A DNA stretch of 62,180 nucleotides, filler included. It is 7 parts of 7 records of this genome, joined end to end, with 100 filler letters (N's around TTAATTAATTAA, not from the genome) between each part and the next. Parts side by side here need not be neighbours in the genome. Positions count along the whole stretch, not along the records: positions 1 to 15,886 come from SRR7504441_6297; 6 more parts are not named here. The stretch is one strand, 5' to 3'. The notes under the pieces were generated by a model, which worked only from the letters and a program-made list of their open reading frames with translations, ran no database searches and had not been told where the DNA came from. A program made the position numbers and the translations under genes. Positions 1-12,143 of the stretch are shown here, piece by piece. Each line of letters starts with the position of its first letter. Within the stretch, counting starts at the first letter, position 1.

Positions 1-1
1 G

Positions 2-1021
2 ATGGAGTGCCTGGACGAGGTGCTGCTCGAAGGCCCCGCGGATGGCGAGCTGCTCACGCTGATCCACGGCTGGCCGGACGACCTCCGTATGTGGGACGAG
101 CTGGCCCGGGCGCTGCTCGCCACCGGCAAATACCGCTGCCTGCGGATTACCATGCCCGGATACGGCAACAGGCACGGCAAAGGCGGCCGGCCTGTGGTGG
201 ACCCCAATTTCCACGAGGTGGCGGCAATGGTAGCGGACGCGATTAGACGAAATCTGAATGAGCCCACGGAGAAGACGAGCCTGGTCATCCACGACTGGGG
301 CTCGTGGGTGGGCGTGCAGCTGCAACGCCTGTTCCCCGGGCTCGTGTCGCGGATGGTCATCATGGACGTGGGGCCGCTCGACGCCGGCAGCAGATTCGGG
401 GCCAATTACTACCAGACGCTGAGTTCTATCATCTCGCTAGGGGTGTACTACCAGTGGATCAACTCAATCGCCTACTGGCTGTGGCGTGCTGTGCCGCTGG
501 TGGGGGCGCCACTGGGCAATCTCCTCCATAGCCTTGAGGTGAAAAGGTTCAAGAGGCTGCTCGACTCTGGCGAGCTGCACCCTCGAACCAACGTCAACCA
601 ATCGGCTTCGGCGGCTTACTTCTACCACTACTACCAAAAGGACTTCTTCCTTGACCAAGCGCTTGGCCTCTCACTGCGCGGCGGGAGTCCGCTCGCATCC
701 AGGCCCTCGGGTGCCGATGGCCTGGTTCGGGAGCCGAGCGTGCCGTGCCTGTTCTTGTACGGCCACAAGGGGCTTGGCCGGGCGTGGCAGCAGTGGATCG
801 AGGCGCTGCTTAGCAGGACTGACTCGGACGTCTTGCGCATCTACGGGACTCATTGGTTCATGCTCGACTCGCCGAATGAGACCGCTGTGGCAGTATTGGA
901 TTGGCTGGACCGTGGGCCGGATGGGGGTAAGATTGCGCCACAAATTCGTGCAGAAATCGAAGCACAACTAGTAGCACGGACCACGACTCGGAGGATCAAG
1001 AATCTTCGGAGCAAACTCTGA
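2..1021 (+). CDS. Alpha/beta hydrolase (epoxide hydrolase-like), predicted peroxisomal
   Basis: HGWPD oxyanion motif, HDWG nucleophile elbow, C-terminal catalytic His (GTHWF), C-terminal SKL (PTS1). Sits at the window edge, so the start may be truncated. Confidence 0.85.
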   Translation: MECLDEVLLEGPADGELLTLIHGWPDDLRMWDELARALLATGKYRCLRITMPGYGNRHGKGGRPVVDPNFHEVAAMVADAIRRNLNEPTEKTSLVIHDWGSWVGVQLQRLFPGLVSRMVIMDVGPLDAGSRFGANYYQTLSSIISLGVYYQWINSIAYWLWRAVPLVGAPLGNLLHSLEVKRFKRLLDSGELHPRTNVNQSASAAYFYHYYQKDFFLDQALGLSLRGGSPLASRPSGADGLVREPSVPCLFLYGHKGLGRAWQQWIEALLSRTDSDVLRIYGTHWFMLDSPNETAVAVLDWLDRGPDGGKIAPQIRAEIEAQLVARTTTRRIKNLRSKL

Positions 1022-1064
1022 CATGAATTGTGGTTTATAAATTCCTTAATCTAGATGGTTCGAA

Positions 1065-3560
1065 CTAATCCGCGATTTTACTATCCTCTAGATGCGCTAC
1101 CTGATCTTGCAAGCTCTCGACTTCATCCATCGTCTCGGCTAGTGTCGCTTTGCAGCCGGTGAGCGAATGCAAGATGTGCGTGAGCGTCTCATTGTTGAGC
1201 GAGTCGTGGATCTCGGCATTCTCGCGCGCGCACTGTCTCCTCAGCTCAAACTGATCCGCAGCACAAGTCTCCTGCTCGTTGGAGAGCTGCTGAGAGAAGC
1301 TCTGCATGTCGGCCCGAACTGCTTTGAGCTGGTCAATGTCTGCGAGCATCTGCAGCTCATCACCTGTCACAATCGACGCCTGCGCCTGCTTGGTGGCCCG
1401 CATTCTCTGCTCCAACCCGCTCGCCTCTTGCCGCTGCTGCTGCAGCTTCGTCTTGAGCTGCTTCTGCTGCTGAGAGAGACCGGCCAGGCTCGCCTGCATC
1501 TCCTGCTCGAATGCTCGTTGCTGATCCCTCACCGATCCGAGCTTCCCGGCCACTCCACCGAGGTCGTGAGACAGCCTGTCGCAAAAGCTGACCTCCAGTT
1601 AGTTGCAGCCGGCCTCGGCCCGCACCTGGCCAACTGCTGCACCTGCTGCAGCGCCGGGTCGACGTGCTCAAACACGTCAGCTGCTGTGCTCTGGTTCAGG
1701 CTCTGCTTGACCGTCGCAATGGTGGCCTTGAGCTTACTCGCCAGCTGGCTGCCCATCCCCTGCTGAGCCGTCGTGGTCTGCTTGAGCAGCATGCGTGCTG
1801 CCTCGGTCTCAGCTTCCCACTCCTCAATTCGCGGGTCGTAAAACCACTCATCCGCGGGCTCTGCCGCCGACTCCTCCGGCTCATGCACCGGATGCACTTG
1901 CCAGCTGGCTGCATTCCCCGAGCCGAGCGCTGCCATGCTTGTCCCAGCCAGCCACAAGTGAATCGGCACCGCAGCCAGCCAGCTCTGGCCACGCGCGGCA
2001 GAGCAGATTGTAACGCATTTTGAGGCCGGCCACTCGTCGTGGTGCACGCCTCGGCGCACCCCGGGTATGGAGATCGCAAACAGCTGGCCCGTCTGCTTCC
2101 GGCAGAAGATCCGATCCACAGAGAAAGGGTCCTTGCTGATCACCAGCTCGCCCGGCGGCCCAGCCAGCACCATCTGCTCAACTAGCAGCCCACGCCCGCT
2201 CGGTGCAGCCATCACCAGCCGGCTCGGCGCGGTACTGGCCCGGCGGAGCAGCCTCGCTGGGGTGGGTTGGGGTGACGATTCCGGCGGCGCCGTCTGTCAG
2301 TCAGTCAGGGCAGACAGGGCGAGGCGGCTGGACCGGGTCGGCCCAGGTTGGCTGCATTTGGTCGGCGAGCAGCACCACGGCCATCCCCAGCTGGAACCCG
2401 ACCGCCAGCTGCCAATCCACTCAGTGCACCGCACGCCAGCCGACTGTCACCGCTACGAGCTGCTGCGCCGGCACCGCACCGTTCGTGCTCCCGCAACTGG
2501 TCTGCAGGCAGAGCAGATTGGATGCGGCCGGGGTGGTGCCATCGGCAATCAGCGGGGCTAGGCCAGCCGACGCCTCACTGGCTTGGAAGATCGGCTGAAG
2601 CTGCGGAACGCCGATCAGTCGCGCCCGGCGGCCCACTACCGCGGGTGCGGTGGCCGTGTGTGGCTTGCGGATGACAGCAAACTGTTGGGTCGAGTCCTGA
2701 GCAGCCCGTGTCGTCGGCGGCTCAGGCCCGGGGCGCACCGAGAGATGATGGCCAATGAACCTGCCATCGGGCGCAAGCACGCCAGTGGTCTCGAGCCAAG
2801 CGACAGCGGAAGCCCTAGCCTCGGCCGGGAGAGAGGGCAGGGTGTCCGCCAGCTGCTGGAGTAAGCTGGTCGGGATCGGCGCGTGGTACGGCAGCACTGG
2901 GCACAGACTCCGTACGCTGCCGTCCGCTGCCAGAAGGTAGATCCCCACAGAGCCCCAGCCACTCGGCTCTGCAAAGCAGAACGAGACCGTATCCCGCCCG
3001 ACCTGAAGCGTCTGCTCCGGCTCGAGCCCGACTGCCTTGCCCGGCTCCCCGTTGAAGTCGAACCGGTACACCTCCAGTTGGCCGCCATCGCACAGCACGC
3101 ACAGGTGGTTGTGGCTCAGAGGGTGAAACATCACCCGTAGGACGGCTGCCCGGGCCGCCCGAACCACCTGCCGGCACCTGCACCCACGGTGAGCTCCTGG
3201 GCCGGCCGGGCCGCACTCGAGCGCCGGCAAGTTTTGGGTAGCCAGCCGGGGGAGCTTGAACACGGCGCAGTTGTTTGAATCGAACCCGGCGAGCAGCGAG
3301 GGCCCGAGCACCAGCTCGCGCGGCTGGAAGTCGAGCTTGTGCCCGGCCACCTCCAGCACGGCGCTCGACACCTGCGGGTCCGGGCCCTGGATGTTGAAGC
3401 AGCGCAGGCTCCGGGCGGCCGGGTCCCAACCCAGCAGCTCGGCCGCCTCCCCGCTCACCGACCGGGCGCAGCCCCACTGGAAGAGCCGCCCGGACGAGTC
3501 GGCCGCCGGGTCTGCTGGCCCCGCCCACGAGCGCGCCAGCTCCTCGTTGATCTTGTCCAT
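1065..3560 (-). CDS. Nup88/Nup82-like nucleoporin (beta-propeller plus C-terminal coiled coil), about 5 short introns
   Basis: Motifs FHPLSHNHLCVL and SFCF..WGSVGIYLLAADGSVRSLCPVLP, plus a C-terminal coiled coil. ORFs 2421-3677, 1529-2215 and 1065-1553 join through 38-42 nt GT-AG introns. Start could instead be the ATG at 3656. Confidence 0.65.
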
Positions 3561-3715
3561 ACGCCCAGCACTCCACCCGACCCGGAGGTGGTCGGTGGTG
3601 TCAAAAACTTGGGGCGGCCGCACGGAAGGGGGGGCCTGCCGACCAAGGTGCTTCATCAGGCGAGAGAGGAAGGGCACTCTTGGCGCTTGGGCTTCCCGGG
3701 CGTTGACCTTGGCCG

Positions 3716-4657
3716 ATGAGCAGTGACGAGCGCCTCCCGATGTTGGCCAGCCGGGACGCCGCAGTTGTGGGTATTCCGCGGCACAGCGAGGAGGCCAAGC
3801 AGCAGACCGCCGGAAACCGGATATGCAGCAGGCGCGACCTGCTCTTCGGCGGGCTTGTGGTGCTGCACGTTGCGGTCGGGGTAGGATTCTTCGCGATCCA
3901 GCGGCGCTGGGGCTTTGTTGACTGTGTCTACTTCACAGTGCTCACACTGACGACGATCGGGTATGGGGACATGGCTCCGGGCACCAACGCGGAGAAGATC
4001 TTCACGACATTCTACGTGCTGATCAGCTTCTGCCTGCTCGGCTATATGCTCGGCCAAGTGGCCCGCTATGTGGCCCGACGAGAGGAGGCACAGTTCCGGA
4101 TGCAGCTGCAGCAAGCCCGCAATGGCGGACAGGTAGCCAGCGCCGAGATGTCGGTACTCGGGCGCGTGGCCTTGGCCGCCCACGGGATGCTCTTCTTCCT
4201 CGCAGTGGGCACGCTGTTTTATTCCCTGGTGGAAGGCTGGACGAGCATAGATGCTTTGTACTTTTCTGCTGTCAGTCTGACCACTGTTGGATATGGAGAC
4301 TTGCAGATCAAGAGCGAAGGGAGCCGCATTTTCTCCATCTTTTACCTGCTGCTGGGCACTATGATGACCGCCTTTTTCCTGGGGACAATTGCCCAGTTGA
4401 CTTTGCAGAGCCAGCCTCGGAGCAGGCTGCTGGATATGCTCTACGATCATGAGACGAATCAGCAGGTCTGGCAGGGCAAATCTGACCAATCCGGCCAAGT
4501 GCCTGTGGTCACCGAGGCCGACTATATGACGTACATGCTGGTCAACTCTGGCCAAGTGGAGTGTGAGACGATCGAGGAGATCAAGTACAGGTACCAACAA
4601 TTGCATCGACAAGGCGTTGCCACCCAGCTAGCTAATCAATACTCATGTCAAAATTAG
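3716..4657 (+). CDS. Two-pore (TPK/K2P-type) potassium channel
   Basis: Two pore loops (TTIGYGD, TTVGYGD), 4 TM helices and a TPK-like C-terminus. No intron needed. Confidence 0.92.
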   Translation: MSSDERLPMLASRDAAVVGIPRHSEEAKQQTAGNRICSRRDLLFGGLVVLHVAVGVGFFAIQRRWGFVDCVYFTVLTLTTIGYGDMAPGTNAEKIFTTFYVLISFCLLGYMLGQVARYVARREEAQFRMQLQQARNGGQVASAEMSVLGRVALAAHGMLFFLAVGTLFYSLVEGWTSIDALYFSAVSLTTVGYGDLQIKSEGSRIFSIFYLLLGTMMTAFFLGTIAQLTLQSQPRSRLLDMLYDHETNQQVWQGKSDQSGQVPVVTEADYMTYMLVNSGQVECETIEEIKYRYQQLHRQGVATQLANQYSCQN

Positions 4658-4831
4658 TACTTATAAAATTAATACATGTATAATCACGTATGATTGCGCA
4701 CACGTTTTCTACCTATGGATGGATTCTGCATTTTGATTACATGTACCATGTAAAATAGATTTTATCTAGACACTACACTACATTACTTGAAATCTTCTTC
4801 TAATCTTCTTCTATGTCGATTCGAACTATGC

Positions 4832-7800
4832 TCAATCTTCGGATTCTTCGATCAGCTGACCCTCTTGGTCGAGCCCCTCCCACTCGGGCAAGATCTTCCG
4901 AGCCATTTCGAGCTTTGGAGTCTTCTTGAGTGGATCGTTGCACAGGTCAATCGTCTGGGCTTTGGGCTTGCTCTCCTGTGAGCACCACGAGCCGCACCAG
5001 AGCCACTCCATTGGCAAGCTGAAGATGGGCACCTGGTGCTGGGCGTAGTTAGGCAAGTCCTGGTCGAGATTGGCCAGACTGTTCTTGTCCTTGCTCAGCT
5101 GCTCATAAACCACCCGGAACTGGTCGCCGGCCGCACTTGCCCGCCACATCTCGAGATCGACAACAAACAAGGCTGAGATGTGGTACGGCTTGCCCGCCAG
5201 GTGCGATTTCCAAAAGCCTTGCTTCCAGAAGCGGAAGCCCTCGACTTCCTTGCGCGTGTCGCACATGGGCGTCATGGCTAGCGGGGCGCCCTGCAGGTCC
5301 AGATCCCACAGCTGCTTGAGGTCGCCGCGCACCACCTGATCGGCGTCGATGTAAATCACTTTCTTGACCGACAGCGGGAAGAGCACGTCCAGGAAAAGGA
5401 TCTTGTGCCCCCAGATGATCCGCTGCCGCTCGCTCTGCTGGTGCAACCAGCTTGGCCATCGGTAGGTGACCAGCTCGTACTTGATGTTGTGCTTCTTGGC
5501 AATCTTTGGCAGAAAGAATTGAGTGAATCGGGACGAAAGGAAGTTCTTGAGGAACCAGAACTTGACCTCTGACTTGGTATGCTTGATCACGCTCAGCATC
5601 ATGATCCGCAGGAACCGCTCGTACAGGTGCCCAGACGCCAGCGAGAACACGTGGATCGTCTCGGCCTCGGAAGCAGCCGCCACCGCCTTCATCGTCGCCT
5701 CTTGCTCTCCACCAAACAACTGGGCCCTGAGCGACTGAAACAGGGAGATTTCCTGGTCGAGCTTGGCACCCTTCTCGGGACCATCAACCATTGTTTTCAG
5801 TTTATCTGCTAGCTTTTGGGCTTCTTTAGTCACCTTCAGGCACAGTTTAGATGCTGCTTGCACAGCACCAGCTCCTGTTACTGCCTTGGCCTGATGGCAT
5901 GTAGTTTCTGCCTTTGACTTTGCAGCTTCATACTGTGCTTGCACTCGTCGTTGTGTCATCTTCACCCCACCTTGCGTCTCAGGTACCTGCAGCAGCTCGT
6001 CCTCCTCCCTGCCTGGCCGTTTGGACACTTCCAGCGTCACGTCCAGCCCCGTGAATGAGTCCACCGTCAGAAGCAGCTCGTCAGGCACGCTCCCGTTCCG
6101 CAGATGCTCTCCGCCCTTCATTTGGTACAGCTCAGTCGAGCGGCCGTCTACCATGTGCAGCGCGAACAGTCCCGGGCTGGCCTTGAGCTGGAAATAGCCC
6201 AAGTTGGCCATCACAATCGTGTCAGACACTACTGCCCGGTCCGGCCCGCTGCTATCTAGCGCCAGCTGCAGGCCACGCGGTGGCTGGCGAGAGGGCAGCT
6301 CAGCAGCGTTGCCCTGCACATATAGCTGGGCGATCCGGTACTTAGCAAACACGGACGAGCTGGGCGCGTCAGCCAGCTTGATATTGTCCATGTCCTGCCC
6401 AGACGTGACTGGTTCCATCTGCCATGCGCCCGGCGTGTCAAGATTGAGCGTGAGCATCTGCTGCTCCGGCAGTCGGTCCCACACCGCCCGCGGCTGCTCA
6501 AGCCCGGCCCCATCCGGCCCGAATTGCATCTGGCTGGCGGGCAGCACGTATCTGTAGAAGTTGTGCAGCGGGAGCTCGCTTAGGCTGCTCGGAGGGTACA
6601 GGATCAGCTTGACCGAGACCGGGAAGAGCTTGGTCAGGTACAGCAGCACAGGGGCCACACGCTGAGCGTCCTGGCTGAGCGGATCTAGAGCAGCCACAAT
6701 GTGCAGCGGGGCCTCGTCGGTCTCATTGGCTGAGCTGGTCGACACACTGATCTCCCTCAGAAGCGGCGTGTCCTTCTCAAACGCCGGTGGCATGTACGCG
6801 GCGCGCATGGCCGAATCAGTCTTCTCCTCGGCTGGCCTGAAGTAGACCGCGCTCGCGAGCAGCAGCTGATCACTTGCAAACCGCTCCTTGGCTGCTGTCC
6901 ATCTTGTGCCACCATACGCAAACTGGTGCCCGAGCTTGCCCCACGAGTGCTCGGTGTGCTCCTCCATGATCTCGGCGAGCTTGCTCGCCCTCAGCTTGAG
7001 CTCGGCGCTGGCCAGCGCGAACAGATCTTGCCCACGCACCGGGCCGGTCACCACCCGGCCGTTGGTGAGCACAGAGTTGGGCTTGAGCCCGAGCTTGGAG
7101 CACATTGCTTGCTGCCGCTCGAATAGTCTAGCCCAGCGTGGCTTGTCCTGGGCCATCTCTAGCAGCTTGTCAGCTGCCTCGGGGACAAACAGCTTAGCCA
7201 TCTTCTCCACCGCCACCAAAGGGACAGACAGGTTCCTATCAGCAAGCTCGAGCAGCCCAGCCGCCAGCCCGGTCGCATTCGGGTAGGTCACTGAAAGCTC
7301 GGCCGCCGCTGCCAGCGCCCGTGGCAGCAGAGAGTCGGCCGCGCCTGTATTCCCTGCCAGCAGCGCCAGCCGGGTGTTTTCAGGCTCGTGCTCACGGATC
7401 AACTCGGTGCCAGCCAGCGCCATCTTGACTCCAGCTGGTGTGGTGAGGTCCAGCACCAGCCAGACAGTCACTTGGCCCACCTGCGACCCCAAGTAGCAGC
7501 TCTCGCCGAGCACAGAGCGCGTGAGATGCCCGAGCGAGATCACGCCAGTCTCTGGCGGCTTGGTAGTGGCTGCCTCGAGCCTGGCCATCTCTGGGGCAGT
7601 GCGGAGCAAGTCAGGATGGAAGTGCTCGAGCGCCTGGTGGTGAGCCAGCACGAAGTCCTCGATGTTGGTCTCGTCGTCCAGCAGCTCCTCCTGCACCAGC
7701 TGCTGCAACTCGCGCTGCTCCATCATCAGCACCTGCATCAGCTGCCGCTGCAGCCCGCCCGCTGGGATCACTCGGCCATTGCACAGCGCCAGAGGCAGCT

Positions 7801-10005
7801 GTGCAAACCCCTTGGCCGCCGCATATTTGCTGGCGCTCGCTACCGGCTGGTTGAACCTCTTAGCAGTCAGCTGGGCTGCAAACAGCTCCGTGTCCGCCTC
7901 GAGCTCGGGCAGAGCCTCCGAGCAAAACTGCAGGAACGCCTCCTCGAGGTCAGCCTTGTTGAGCGGGGGCGGTGCGGCCTCGGTCTGCATTTGGTTCCGG
8001 CTTGAGAAGAGGTGGACCAGCCACCGGAGCGCAGTGATGTTGTCACTCTTAAGCCGCACGAACCGGTAGAGCCTGTACACCATCTCAGAGATCGACTGGT
8101 CTTGCGCCGCGCGGGCCGGCGGGTCGGCCGGGCACTGGAACTGGCCCTGGTGCAGTCCGAGCTGCTCGAGCGACCATTCGTACACACGCGGCTCGTTCGG
8201 GTCTGCAGGGAGTACAGGCACGATCCCGACTCTGATTGGCATCTGTTGCTGGAGCAATTGCCAGGCGACAGCGGCCATCTGGAGCCCCTCGTCGGTGCCC
8301 GGGTCCAGAACAAACATCAGGCTGATCAAATTCTTCCGCACAAAGTACATCTGGCCCGGCCAATTGGGCTGGAGAAGCGCCTTCACAGTCTTGGGCCAGC
8401 GCATGTACTGAGGATCCTTCTCCAAATTGTTTAGCCAGTGCACCAGCGGCGACCGGCCGTCCACGCGCAGCTGGCCGCCAGCCACCTGCCGCTGCTCGGC
8501 CGCCAACTGCTGCAGTGCGCTGGTGGCTTGGCCTGGCAGCAGCAGCGCCTCGATCGACTTGAGTGCCTTGATCTCACGACTGAGCTCCCCAAACAGCGTG
8601 AAAGGGTCGGTTAGCCCCATGGTGAGCGGCTTGCGGTTGAGCGACAGGAAGGTCTCGCCGCCCAGCTGCCGGGTGATCATTTCGGCTTGTTCGAGCGCCT
8701 TGAGCACAGTCTGATTCACCGGCACACGAGACAGCGAACGTGCCGCAATCGGCAGGTTGTGCGAAATGTCTCGGAGCGCCCGGAGCGGGTTGGGGGCGGC
8801 CCGTATCCGTTGGAGCGCCTGGGCCCCGATGTGCTTGAGCTCCCACACTTTGAGCGGCTGGTTGGCGTCCTCGAGCTCTGCTATCAAGTCGTCTTTGAAC
8901 GCTTGCAGCTGGCCTTCCAGATCTGGCCGGAGCCCCGCCAGCCGGTTAAAGTAAAACCTGCCCCGCGTGTGAGCATGCCCCGCCGGGCCGGGTACCCGCT
9001 CGTCTCCTCGTCCATGTCGACGCTCTTCTTCTCGCCGTCCTCCTTTGCACTCTCAACAGGCTGCGGCCCCCGCTGCAGCTCACCCGATGCCCGGACCCAC
9101 CTTGCGGTCGTCGACCGCCTTGTACTCCATGTTCTTGATCGCTAGCTCAGCGCCGTAGCCACTCACGTCCAGCGGCCGGCTGCTCTGGTAGTGGTGAACC
9201 AACGCATACTGCACAGACCTGCCCAAACCCTCGCTCGGTGCCCAGCCCACCGCGCCACCCGGCCGCCGCCAGCTCCTTGAGTCGGGCGTGCAGCGGCCGC
9301 ATCGCGGCCGTCTGCCCGATCGAGCCTACCAGCGTGGCCACGGGCTTGCCAGCAGCACTCTGGGGGTACAGGTGCAGCCCTGTCGTCAGGCCGCCAGCCC
9401 TGCCCCCGCTCGCCCGGCCTAAACGGCCTGCGCCCACCCGTCCGACAGCCCGGCCACCAGCTGCTCCAGCTCGTCCAGCGTACCCGCGGCCGCACCGCCC
9501 AGCAGCACCTGCGGCTGATCGCTCTCGGCCACACCGGCCTCCTCCAGCATCTGCAGGCCGGCTGAGTCACCCCCCCCACGGCGCAGCAGGACCGCGGCGG
9601 CCGTCTGGCGCAGGCTCTCGACCCGCGGCGAGAAGTGCCGGATCCCGAGCCCCATCCGGAACAAGCCAGCCCGGGTCGGACCGCCGAGCTGCTCAGCCAG
9701 CTCGATCCCTATCTCGTGAGCCTGCGTCCCGATTGGTCGGCAGCGCGCGCGGACCGGGCACCGTGCGGTCGGTCAGCTGGTCCTGAGCAAGCACTCGTTC
9801 GACGAACTGCCAGAATCCATCGGCGGAGACCTCGGCAAAGAACTCGCTGGACACAGGTGAGCGCGGCCGGGCGGGCGGGCGACCTGGCCTCGAGCACGAG
9901 CGGGCTGGCGGGCCAGCCGGCCTCGATACCGATCTTGACGCTCTTGCCCCACGCCAGAGGGCCGACCAGCAGCATGAGCAGCAACCCTAGCCTCGGTCGT
10001 CTCAT
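4832..10005 (-). CDS. UGGT: UDP-glucose:glycoprotein glucosyltransferase
   Basis: Signal peptide, SGYGAELAIKNMEYKAVDD motif, GT24 domain (FSLASGHLYERF, DAD, LANLDQDLPN, WLWCGSWC). Six 37-40 nt GT-AG introns lie in the first ~1.1 kb. Confidence 0.97.
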
Positions 10006-10143
10006 TGCCCAGAGTGTTCCCGCCGCGATTCCGCGATCGAGCAACGGCAGCTGCAGCGGCGCGCCGGTCGCCGGTTGCTGGCCTCGCCGGATGGGCCGGA
10101 GGAGTAGCGCTCTGGAAGGCCGCAGCGCTGCAGCGTCTCGCAG

Positions 10144-11868
10144 ATGAAGGCCGCAGTGCTGCGGGCGGCGGTGCTCGCAGCCAGCCTGTCGCTGCTGCTG
10201 GGCTACGGTGTGCCGCCGGCCAGACGCCAGCTGACCGGTGTGTGCAGACATTGGGATCATGTCCGGCGCCAAGCGGTTGATCCGGCGGGAGATGGGCCTA
10301 GCAGATCCGCAGGTGGAGCTTCTGATCGGAGTGTTGAATCTGGCCTCCGCGGCCGGCGGATTGCTGGCCGGGCCGGTGGCCGACCGGATGGGCCGGCTGC
10401 GCACCATCAGCCTGGCGTGCGTTGTCGCGGCAGCCGGCGCGTTCGGGATGGCGGCGGCCGGCGCTTTTGCTGGGCTGGTGCTCGGTCGGGTGGTGACTGG
10501 GCTCGGGGTGGGGGTGGCGTTCGCAGTGTCGCCTCTCTACCTGGCTGAGACGACGCCGTCGGCCGTGCGAGGACAGCTGGTGAGTCTGTTTGATATCATG
10601 ATCAACGTTGGGATTGTGCTCGGGTTTGTGCTCGGATGGGTTCTGGCCCCGGCCGGATGGCGGCTGATGCTGGCGCTGGGCGGGCTGATCGCGCTGTCCA
10701 TACTTTGCGCAGCTGTTCTGTGCAGCTTGCCCGAGGTGCCGCTCCGCCCGTCTGGAGGCTGATGCTGGGCGGCAGTCTCCCCGTTGGCTGGCTAAAGTCG
10801 GGCAGCACGAGAAGGCCGCCGCAGTGCTCCAAGATCTGACAGACGAGTCGGAGCTGGGCGCTGCAGTTGCCGAGCTTGAGCTGGTCTCTGCTCAAGAAGC
10901 GCCGGCAGATGGGTTGCGGGAGCTGGTGTGCCGAGGACTGGCGATGCGCTCGCTGCGGTGTGCGCTGGCAGTTGCGTTTATCCAGCAGTGGACCGGGATA
11001 GAGGCGGCAGTGTACTACACGCCAGAGGTGCTTCAGGCGAGCATGGTTACAGCCAATGAGGATGAGCTGGCAGCGGCCACAGTGGTCGTGGGTTTGGTCA
11101 AAGTTGTATTTATAGTTATCGCCTCTTGCCTCGTGGATAAGGTGGGGCGAGTCCAGCTGCTGCTGCTATCCAACGGCACCATGGCATTGGCGCACGGCCT
11201 GCTTGCACTCAACTTCCAGCTTGAGACGACCTGGCTCGCTCTGCTGGCACAATGTGAATATTGTTATTGATCATTAAGCTACACGCTACCCTCCACCAGA
11301 ATGAGATTGATGGTTGAGGCTGCGCGTGCAGGTCTTTTCATGGCAGGGTTCTCCATCGGCGCAGGCCCATGCACTATGATGGTCGCCGCTGAGGTGCTGC
11401 CTCTGCATATCCGGGGTGTGGGACTCGGTGAGTGGCGTGCTGTTTCAATCAATCTCATTCATGCTTGCAGGCCTGGCGACAGCTGTCAACAGAACCGTCT
11501 CAGGCACGGTTGCGGCTACATTCCTCTCACTGCAAAGCGCCCTCACGCCCACTGGGACCTTTGCTGCATTTGGGCTGGCCTCAATGGTATCAATGGTCTA
11601 TATATATATTCTTGTTCCAGAGACAAGGGGAAGGACACTGGAAGAGATCGAGCAAAGCTTTGCTGCTGCGGGCCGGCCGAGCACTCACGTGATGTTAGAG
11701 CCGCACGAGGAGTGGCGTGACGGAGGCGGCTCTGGATCGACTGATGCGACTCATGGAGAGAAGGAGCACTCGAGGCTAGGCGGGGGCGATGAAGATTTAG
11801 ACAAACAAATAAACGCCGGATATGTGAGGCCTAGCAATGGTCCTCTCTACAGCGAGGCCCCATCATGA
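10144..11868 (+). CDS. MFS sugar porter (polyol/inositol transporter-like), 4 introns
   Basis: GYDIG, DRMGR, PESPRWL, QQWTG, DKVGR and PETRG motifs are restored by GT-AG introns. Confidence 0.93.
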
Positions 11869-12143
11869 ATGAAATATGTCCATGATTCATTTGATACAAC
11901 TCACATTAAATTCGTGAACATGTATGTCTACTAGATTCGTGACCAAAATTACCAAAATGTTATATACATGTAATTGTATACTGACCATAGTTATGCTCTA
12001 GTTAGGATCCGGATTCGCGATCGTGAGTTACTCGCAATCGCATTGGCATCGTCTATGCACTAGTGTCAGCTAGCGCGCTGTGGCTGTACCGTCTGGCAGT
12101 ATCACGCTCAGATGTCATAGCATTCGCTCCAGGGAGCTCGTAC

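Noticed and set aside
2421-2423. Apparent in-frame TGA stops suggesting an alternative genetic code
   Set aside because: These fall inside 3n micro-introns with good branch and acceptor sites. TAA, TAG and TGA all terminate genes normally.
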